DNA of 64,000 nt from Candidatus Krumholzibacteriia bacterium (GTDB lineage Bacteria > Krumholzibacteriota > Krumholzibacteriia > Krumholzibacteriales > Krumholzibacteriaceae): the NCBI GenBank assembly GCA_963836185.1, contig CAWIIQ010000001.1, positions 1,696,001-1,760,000 of the forward strand. Direction: 5' to 3'. Below, one piece after another: positions 57,305-64,000 of the stretch. Position 1 is the first letter of the stretch; every line of letters begins with the position of its first letter. The position numbers were made by a program, and so were the translations under genes. The notes under the pieces are model-generated. The model had not been told where the DNA came from. It was given only the letters and a program-made list of their open reading frames with translations, and searched no databases.

Positions 57305-57493
57305 TGAACAAGCCTCTTACGGTAAAACCTATGTCACCCTAACCCAGGTCCGTAAATTATAACATGTTCAGTGATTATTTTCTACCCCCTAAATCCCCTC
57401 ATTTACGAGGCACAGGGGTAAAAGAGTTTTTTTCATTGCGACGGGCAGTGTCGATAGGTGATAATTCGACCTTCTGCAGTCTTTTTGCTTTAA

Positions 57494-58576
57494 ATGGAAT
57501 ATGTTATGAGAATCGCTGTAATCTCTGAAGAGGTCACTGGCAAGCCGGAAGAAGGGCTGCTCGTCTTCCTGCTGCACATGTGCAGATATCTGTCGGGGCG
57601 CCATGAGCTGCTCGTGCTGCATGAGAAGGGCGAACCAGGCGAGGATCTCGACTCTAGACGTATCATGAAGGGAAAGTCCCCTCTTCTAAGGGAGCTTTCC
57701 GGCGTCCTGAAGACGTGGGCCCCTGATCTTCTTATATATACCCCCGCCTCGGGGCTGACAGGGATGGGGATGCTCAGAAGCGTCCTCCTCAGGCGCATGT
57801 CTGGACGTCCGGTCATAGTCGTAGCGATGCAGGCCCGGGAAACAGGCAGGATGCACAGGGCGGTCTCTCTCTGGTCGGCTCCCGAACTCGTCCTTTCACC
57901 TGTCAGGGAGTTGCGTCAGGACCTCGAGGACCTGAGGGTCAACGCGGACTTCATCATGCCCGGTTACGACGCCGGGCTGTTCCAGCCCGTTGACACGGAG
58001 ACGAGGAAAAAGCTCAGGGCGAGTTTCAGAATCCCGGCCGACAGGTATATCGTCCTTCACGTAGGACACGTAAAGGAGAACAGGAACCTGCAGGCCCTGC
58101 TTCGCTACAGGGACTGGGGACCTGACATCCAGCCAGTCGTCAAATCGGGAGAGGTCGATCCTGTGTGGCGCGATCATCTCAGGCAGGCGGGCGTGATCGT
58201 AATAGACGAATACACCGACGACATAAACGAGATCTACCAGGCGGCCGACCTCTATCTCTTCCCTGTGCCGATGAGAGCCGGCGCGCTCGAATTCCCCCTC
58301 TCCGTCATAGAGGCCTGCGCCTGCAACCTTCCCGTTCTTACAACACGCTTCGGCGCCCTGCCCGAAGTGCTGGACGATGGGGACGGCCTTGAATGGTACT
58401 CGGGCGTAGCGGAAATACCAGGTAAGATCAGACAATTGAGAAGCGGCAGGGTCGACACCCTCGCGAAGGTCGCGGATCTCTCATGGGAAAGGATGTTCGA
58501 CAGATATCTCACCCCCCATCTCGAGAGTCTCGTAATTCTCTCAGGCGGGGACCGGGCTTCCCCCTCATCGTCTTGA
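57494..58576 (+). CDS. Glycosyltransferase family 4
   Basis: LHVGH, YQAADLYLFP, EFPLSVIEA; start may instead be ATG 57506. Confidence 0.85.
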   Translation: MEYVMRIAVISEEVTGKPEEGLLVFLLHMCRYLSGRHELLVLHEKGEPGEDLDSRRIMKGKSPLLRELSGVLKTWAPDLLIYTPASGLTGMGMLRSVLLRRMSGRPVIVVAMQARETGRMHRAVSLWSAPELVLSPVRELRQDLEDLRVNADFIMPGYDAGLFQPVDTETRKKLRASFRIPADRYIVLHVGHVKENRNLQALLRYRDWGPDIQPVVKSGEVDPVWRDHLRQAGVIVIDEYTDDINEIYQAADLYLFPVPMRAGALEFPLSVIEACACNLPVLTTRFGALPEVLDDGDGLEWYSGVAEIPGKIRQLRSGRVDTLAKVADLSWERMFDRYLTPHLESLVILSGGDRASPSSS

Positions 58577-58654
58577 CAACGGGCACCCGGTGCGATTAAA
58601 GTCAGCACATCCCGCCCCCGCGGAGTAGCTTGATCACCCTGGAAGGAGTCATCG

Positions 58655-59110
58655 ATGATAGACGGCGTCAAAGTCAAGAAGCTGAAGATAATTCCGGACG
58701 AGCGCGGAAGGCTGATGGAGATAGTCCGCTGCGACGACGATGATTTCGTAAAGTTCGGACAGGTATACATGACTACATGCTTCTTCGGTGTTGTCAAAGG
58801 ATGGCACTGGCACAAGCTGCAGACTGACTACATGACCGTCATCGACGGGATGATGAAGATCGTCCTGTACGACAACAGGGACGGCTCTCCGACCAGGGGC
58901 GAGGTCGATGAATTCTTCGCGGGAACACACAACCCGGTGAGAATCACTATCCCCCCCGGCGTCTGTCACGGATTCAAGTGTATCGGAGGCAGCGAGGCAG
59001 TCGTCATCAACACAGTGACGGAAACTTATAACTATGACGATCCTGACGAGTTCAGGATCGATCCGCACGATAACGACATCCCGTACGACTGGAACCTCAG
59101 CGACGGATGA
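58655..59110 (+). CDS. rmlC: dTDP-4-dehydrorhamnose 3,5-epimerase family cupin
   Basis: DERG, VKGWHWH, IPPGVCHGF. Confidence 0.88.
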   Translation: MIDGVKVKKLKIIPDERGRLMEIVRCDDDDFVKFGQVYMTTCFFGVVKGWHWHKLQTDYMTVIDGMMKIVLYDNRDGSPTRGEVDEFFAGTHNPVRITIPPGVCHGFKCIGGSEAVVINTVTETYNYDDPDEFRIDPHDNDIPYDWNLSDG

Positions 59111-59129
59111 TCACGGCAGGTAATACCTT

Positions 59130-59996
59130 ATGAAGAAGATCTATGTCACCGGCGCCGCCGGGATGCTCGGCAGCGCCCTCGTCCCGCTTTTCAGAACCGG
59201 ATATGACGTCAGGGCAACGGACCTTCCCGGGATAGACATCACTGACTCCGGGGCAGTAAAGGAAGATATTGCCTCGTACTCCCCCGACTTCGTTATACAC
59301 CTCGCCTCGATGACCGATGTGGATGGATGCGAGACGGACCCGGACGAGGCCCGCAGGGTCAACGTGGGCGGCACTGAAAACGTCGCCTCTGCCTGCGCTG
59401 AATGCGGAGCGACCATGATATATATCAGCACGGGGATGATCTATAACGGGCGCAAGCCCGGTCCGTATATCGAATACGACATGCCCGACCCTGTCAACAA
59501 ATACGGACTCACTAAATACGAGGGCGAACTGGCTGTACGGAAACACCTGAAGGATTTCTATATCTTCAACACGTGCTGGATATTCGGCGGCGGTCCGGAA
59601 GACAAGAAGTTCGTGGCGAAGATCATAGAGCTCGGCAGGGAAAGGGACAGGATAGAGGTTGTCGATGACACCTTCGGTTCCCCGACATATACGGTCGATC
59701 TCTCCCGCGCTATTTTCGATTTTATCGGCAATAACGAGCTCGGGGCCAGGTCCGGACGGTATCACTGTGCCGGCAGGGGCTGCGTCAACAGGATCGAACT
59801 GGCGAGGGAGATATTCTCGATAGCCGGTATCGAGGACTGTGAACTCGTCCCTGTCTCATCAGGAAGATTCGACCTGCCCGCGCCGAGGCCGCGGATGGAA
59901 GCTTTGAGAAATTACTCTCTCGACCTTCTTGGACTCCACCTGATGAGAGACTGGCGCGAAGCCCTGCGGGACTACATCACATCGACATTCATCTGA
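59130..59996 (+). CDS. rmlD: dTDP-4-dehydrorhamnose reductase
   Basis: TGAAGMLG, TDVDGCE, YGLTK.EGE, GSPTY.VDL, APRP. Confidence 0.9.
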   Translation: MKKIYVTGAAGMLGSALVPLFRTGYDVRATDLPGIDITDSGAVKEDIASYSPDFVIHLASMTDVDGCETDPDEARRVNVGGTENVASACAECGATMIYISTGMIYNGRKPGPYIEYDMPDPVNKYGLTKYEGELAVRKHLKDFYIFNTCWIFGGGPEDKKFVAKIIELGRERDRIEVVDDTFGSPTYTVDLSRAIFDFIGNNELGARSGRYHCAGRGCVNRIELAREIFSIAGIEDCELVPVSSGRFDLPAPRPRMEALRNYSLDLLGLHLMRDWREALRDYITSTFI

Positions 59997-60000
59997 CAGG

Positions 60001-60732
60001 TCAGTCCGTCCTGTTGGCACCTGTCTCGGCGACCAGGCTGTTTGCCCGTATCAGGGACTCGAAAGTACCGGCGTCGGTCCACCATCCTTCAAGGATATCC
60101 CAGGCGAGATCTCCCCGTTCAATATAAGCGTTGTTCACGTCCGTGATCTCCAGCTCACCTCTATCAGAAGGCTTGAGACTCGAAATGATGTCGAAGACCG
60201 AATTGTCGTACATGTAAATCCCGGTCACGGCGTAGTTCGATTTGGGATCGGCAGGTTTCTCCTCGATCTTCAAGACCCTGTCCCCATCGAGGACCGGCAC
60301 CCCGAACCTCTCCGGATCGGACACCTCCTTCAGAAGGATCCTCGCCCCGCTCTCCTGTTTCTCGAAAGACTTCGCGGCAGCAATGAAATTCTTCTCTATT
60401 ATGTTGTCGCCCAGAACGACGCATATCCTGTCATCGCCGGAGAAATATTTTGCCAGGCCCAGTGCTTCAGCGATGCCTCCCTCGCCGACCTGATATGTGT
60501 AATTTATATGCTCGAGGCCGAAATCGGAACCGTTGCCGAGGAGCTTCAGAAAATCCCCCGCATTGTTGCCCCCGGTAACGATAAGGATATCCCTGATCCC
60601 GGCATTGATAAGTGCTTCGATCGGGTAATATATCATCGGCTTGTCGTAGACCGGGAGAAGATGCTTGTTCGTCACCTTGGTCAACGGGTGGAGTCGCGTA
60701 CCCAGGCCACCAGCGAGTATGATTCCCTTCAT
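60001..60732 (-). CDS. rmlA: Glucose-1-phosphate thymidylyltransferase (short SpsI type)
   Basis: MKGIILAGGLGTRL.PLT, KHLLPVYDKPMI, LGDN, EEKP, RGELEITD, WTDAGT. Confidence 0.92.
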   Translation of the reverse strand: MKGIILAGGLGTRLHPLTKVTNKHLLPVYDKPMIYYPIEALINAGIRDILIVTGGNNAGDFLKLLGNGSDFGLEHINYTYQVGEGGIAEALGLAKYFSGDDRICVVLGDNIIEKNFIAAAKSFEKQESGARILLKEVSDPERFGVPVLDGDRVLKIEEKPADPKSNYAVTGIYMYDNSVFDIISSLKPSDRGELEITDVNNAYIERGDLAWDILEGWWTDAGTFESLIRANSLVAETGANRTD

Positions 60733-60769
60733 TCCTTTTCTCCTTGATACCGTTAAACGTGTCCGCGCC

Positions 60770-60831
60770 ATTATAATCGCGAAGGCCCGGCGATACAAGC
60801 AATTGACACAATCGTGAAATTTCCGTACCAT
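60770..60831. promoter_or_regulatory. Back-to-back divergent sigma-70 promoters (rmlA / trehalose operon)
   Basis: Minus strand TTGTAT-17-TATAAT (60798-60770); plus strand TTGACA-17-TACCAT (60803-60831). Confidence 0.65.
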
Positions 60832-60876
60832 AAGGCATCGTAAGCATGCTCTAATGATGGCGAGGAATATAACACG

Positions 60877-61551
60877 ATGCCGAAAAAGAAGATAACGCAC
60901 GAACCGTTCGAAATCAAGGATTGTGCCCTTGCCGCGATCGCGACCGGCCGGAAAGCGCAGAACCTCAAGGAACTGCGAGACAGCATCGAGACGGTCGTAC
61001 CGGGCAGCATAGCGTATCATTTCTGGGCCGGTAAACTCAGGCCGCGATTCGATGACCCGGAGTTCAACAATGATTTCGCTGCATGGTCGAGACATGCCCT
61101 GCATGACAAGGTACTTGCCGAGCGGCTCGGGATGCTCGATCCCACCTCGTTCGACCGGTTCGAGGATATGAAGCAGGAACTGCTCGATGTGATCGAGGAA
61201 CGGCTCGACGAGAGCGAGCAAATCCTGTGGACCAGCACCGATCAGCAGTTTTATTTCATAACTTCACAGATAGTCGTATTCAGCGCGCGCAAGACGATCG
61301 TCGAACCGTCCGAGCTAGTTTCCATCGTCCCCGAGATGACCTCGAGCAGCATCTTCTATCACTTCATAGACGCGCGCCGAAGGACCTTCGGGCACCTCGA
61401 CGATTTCAGGGCCTGGCTCTACGGATTCGAGGACAGGTATCGCGACCTCTGCGATATTCTCTCGAACGTCGACCCCTTCTTCTCTACACTGCCCGAACTG
61501 AGGCAGCAGCTCAGCCACATATTCAATGACTATTTCGGGAAGGAGCTGTGA
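60877..61551 (+). CDS. DUF5752 family protein (OrfY-like partner of TreT)
   Basis: Two repeats, SIAYHF...NDFAAW and SIFYHF...DDFRAW; coupled to the treT-like gene. Confidence 0.8.
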   Translation: MPKKKITHEPFEIKDCALAAIATGRKAQNLKELRDSIETVVPGSIAYHFWAGKLRPRFDDPEFNNDFAAWSRHALHDKVLAERLGMLDPTSFDRFEDMKQELLDVIEERLDESEQILWTSTDQQFYFITSQIVVFSARKTIVEPSELVSIVPEMTSSSIFYHFIDARRRTFGHLDDFRAWLYGFEDRYRDLCDILSNVDPFFSTLPELRQQLSHIFNDYFGKEL

Positions 61552-62792
61552 TGGGCTCGACTCTCGATAAATACGCGGATATATGCGGACCTGACGTCAT
61601 AGATCAGCTAAGGCAGCTCGTCGCGCCTCTGAAGGGGGCAAAGGTGATCCATGTCAACTCGACGCGCAAGGGCGGCGGTGTTGCTGAGATCCTGGCCAAG
61701 CTTGTCCCGCTGAAGAAAGAACTCGGCATAGACGTATCATGGGAGGTCATCGAGGGAGACGCCGATTTCTTCAAGTGCACGAAAGGATTTCATAACGCGC
61801 TCCAGGGCAACAGGATCGATATACCCCGATCGCTGCTGAATAATTACGAGGAGACCAACCGGCGTAATTCCGAGGAACTTAAGAAAAAACTCGAGGATGC
61901 GGACATAGTCTTCATACATGATCCGCAGCCCGCGCCTCTTCTCCAGTACTGCCCCGACCGGAAGGGGAAATGGATATGGCGGTGTCATATCGACGCGAGC
62001 AGTCCGTATCGTCCTGTCTGGAAATATCTCAGGAACTTTGTCTCCGGGTACGATGCCAGTATCTTTTCTCTCGCTGCGTTCGCGCAGCCCCTTCCTCACG
62101 TAGAGTATCTCATCGCTCCCAGTATCGATCCCCTCAGCGACAAGAACATAGAGCTCGAACGGTCAGAGATCGAATCTGTGGTCTCCGGCATGGGCATCGA
62201 TCTCGAACGACCCGTGATGACACAGGTCTCCCGTTTCGATATATTCAAGGACCCTGTAGGAGTCATACGTGCGTACAGGCTCACTAAAAAGTTCATACCG
62301 ACCCTTCAGCTCATACTCGCCGGCGGCGAGGCGACGGATGACCCCGAGGCACTAACCGTGCTCGAGGACGTCAGAACCGCGGCGAATGACGATCCCGACG
62401 TTCATATCCTGCTCCTTCCTGCCGACGCGCACCGCTCAATAAACGCGATTCAACGCGCGTCAGATATAGTCCTTCAGAAATCTCTCAGGGAAGGTTTCGG
62501 GCTGACAGTGACTGAGGCCATGTGGAAAGGCAAGCCTGTCATCGGGGGAGATACGGGCGGTATCAGGATACAGGTCGTAAACCACCAGACAGGATTCCTC
62601 GTAAACACTCCCGAAGGAGCGGCTCTCAGGGCGAGGTACCTTCTCTTCCACAGGGATCTCCTTCAGGAGATGGGAGAGAAAGGGAAGAACTTTGTCCGGG
62701 AGAATTTCCTTCTCACGCGTCACCTGCGCGAATACCTGACGGTGATGGTCTCGCTGCTGCGCGGCCGCGGCGACAGGATAGAACTCGAATAG
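61548..62792 (+). CDS. treT: Trehalose glycosyltransferring synthase (TreT-like GT4)
   Basis: HVNSTRKGGGVAEIL, FHNALQG, IHDPQP, WRCHID, QVSRFD..KDP, EGFGLTVTEAMWK. Confidence 0.88.
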   Translation: MMGSTLDKYADICGPDVIDQLRQLVAPLKGAKVIHVNSTRKGGGVAEILAKLVPLKKELGIDVSWEVIEGDADFFKCTKGFHNALQGNRIDIPRSLLNNYEETNRRNSEELKKKLEDADIVFIHDPQPAPLLQYCPDRKGKWIWRCHIDASSPYRPVWKYLRNFVSGYDASIFSLAAFAQPLPHVEYLIAPSIDPLSDKNIELERSEIESVVSGMGIDLERPVMTQVSRFDIFKDPVGVIRAYRLTKKFIPTLQLILAGGEATDDPEALTVLEDVRTAANDDPDVHILLLPADAHRSINAIQRASDIVLQKSLREGFGLTVTEAMWKGKPVIGGDTGGIRIQVVNHQTGFLVNTPEGAALRARYLLFHRDLLQEMGEKGKNFVRENFLLTRHLREYLTVMVSLLRGRGDRIELE

Positions 62793-62797
62793 AACCA

Positions 62798-63580
62798 ATG
62801 AAGATACTCACCTCCGGAACGAATATAGAATCATTCTTCGAGCACCTGGGATGCTCCGAAGGCCGATTGCTTATGCTCGACTATGACGGCACTCTCTCGC
62901 CGTATAAAATCGAGCGTCACGAGGCGGTGCCGTATCCGGGGATCAGGGAAATACTCTTCGAAGCGCTGAGCGCCTCGGACTGCAGGACTGTGATCGTAAG
63001 CGGCCGGTCGATATCCGATCTGCTCCCCCTTCTCGGAATAGATAAAGGGATAGAGATATGGGGGTGTCACGGTTGGGAGAGACTCGGCCCTGACGGTGCC
63101 TATACCGGTCCGGACCTCGGCGCAGGTATACCGGCCGGACTGGAAGAGGCGGCATCAATTGCCAGTGCGGCGGGATTAGAAGAATACCTCGAGATAAAGC
63201 CTGCGTCAGTAGCAATTCACTGGCGCGGCCTCAATGAATTAACGACTTCAATGATCGAAACAGATATCGGCGGGAAATGGCAGGGTATCGCGAAAGTCAT
63301 CGGCCTGGAACTCCACCGCTTCAACGGAGGCCTCGAATTGAGACCGAAAGGGATGAACAAGGGCATGGTAGTAGAAAAGCTGCTTCCGGAAAGTGGCGGA
63401 GCCGCGGCCTACCTCGGTGATGACATGACGGATGAGGATGCCTTCAGGGCCATTTCAGGCAGGGGCCTCGGCGTCCTCGTCAGCCCGGAAATCAGAGAGA
63501 CGGCGGCAGACATCTGGCTCGCACCTCCCGGCGAGTTGAAATGGTTCCTCGAGAGATGGATAGAAATCTGTGGTAACTGA
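62798..63580 (+). CDS. otsB: Trehalose-6-phosphate phosphatase
   Basis: LDYDGTL, VSGR, G.HG.E, ELRP..MNKG, YLGDDMTDEDAF; start at ATG 62798. Confidence 0.92.
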   Translation: MKILTSGTNIESFFEHLGCSEGRLLMLDYDGTLSPYKIERHEAVPYPGIREILFEALSASDCRTVIVSGRSISDLLPLLGIDKGIEIWGCHGWERLGPDGAYTGPDLGAGIPAGLEEAASIASAAGLEEYLEIKPASVAIHWRGLNELTTSMIETDIGGKWQGIAKVIGLELHRFNGGLELRPKGMNKGMVVEKLLPESGGAAAYLGDDMTDEDAFRAISGRGLGVLVSPEIRETAADIWLAPPGELKWFLERWIEICGN

Positions 63581-63581
63581 G

Positions 63582-64000
63582 ATGGATAGAGACGGCAGGA
63601 AACTTATAATCGCTTCCAACAGGCTCCCCTTCGTCCTGGAACGAAAGGACGATTCATGGAATCTCGTGCCCGGTTCCGGGGGGCTGGTCACTGCCCTCGC
63701 TCCCGTTCTCAGGGACCGGGGCGGCATCTGGATAGGATGGCCGGGAATAGCCGGTTCCGTCGACATATCAGATCAGATAGCCATCGCCTCCTCAAGCGCC
63801 GGGTTCGATATGAAACCCGTACATCTCGACGAGGAAGATGTGAAACGATACTATATCGGCCTGTCTAACGAAGTACTCTGGCCCCTCTTTCATGACCTCC
63901 AGTCGTACTGCAATTTCGATCCGTCATACTGGCAGTCCTACCTCGACATCAATAAACGGTTCGCCCGCGTAATAGGAGCCAATACCGGGCCGGATGATTT
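63582..64000 (+). CDS. otsA: Trehalose-6-phosphate synthase (partial)
   Basis: Hand translation: IIASNRLP...GSGGLVTAL...WIGWPG...YYIGLSNEVLWPLFH. Confidence 0.92.
   Translation, partial: MDRDGRKLIIASNRLPFVLERKDDSWNLVPGSGGLVTALAPVLRDRGGIWIGWPGIAGSVDISDQIAIASSSAGFDMKPVHLDEEDVKRYYIGLSNEVLWPLFHDLQSYCNFDPSYWQSYLDINKRFARVIGANTGPDD

Noticed and set aside
60733-61221. 406-aa version of rmlA (and the similar 352-aa version of otsB from 62522)
   Set aside because: The extensions overlap real neighbouring genes; the family N-termini and RBS point to 60732 and 62798

Overview
Bacterial chromosomal window, mostly on the minus strand. Gene content (LptE, sigma-54 regulators, an exoprotein with a T9SS/FlgD-like C-terminal domain) suggests a Gram-negative FCB-type lineage; this is inference only. 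From left to right: (1) leuS, broken by four +1 frameshifts near the window edge (probably sequence errors), preceded by tusA-like/trxA/holA/lptE; (2) a GAF-PAS kinase and NtrC-type sigma-54 activator, followed by a Wza/Wzc exopolysaccharide locus headed by a GAF-GGDEF diguanylate cyclase; (3) a housekeeping block: M28 peptidase, tRNA-Arg, recN-nadK-dxs-ispA-xseB-xseA-folD-ymdB-rny-6S RNA-zapA-zapB-pheT-pheS-rplT-rpmI-infC-thrS-tRNA-Val-dnaK; (4) cca and tRNA-Leu, then an ECF sigma/anti-sigma/lipoprotein module sitting inside the tRNA Gly-Cys-Leu cluster; (5) glgA-galT and a second glycan cluster (GT4s, radical SAM/SPASM, WbpB/D/E-like enzymes, priming transferase, rmlC/D/A); (6) a DUF5752-treT-otsB-otsA trehalose operon. 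I found no CRISPR array, IS element or prophage. Most unusual signals: recN has its stop codon inside tRNA-Arg; the rny Shine-Dalgarno is separated from its AUG by a hairpin; and there is a candidate sigma-54/c-di-GMP envelope-glycan system (three -24/-12 promoters including one at dnaK, a Cys-rich insert in the kinase GAF domain, an Arg-repeat insert in the priming glycosyltransferase, and two uncharacterised accessory surface proteins). All calls are by eye, without database searches.
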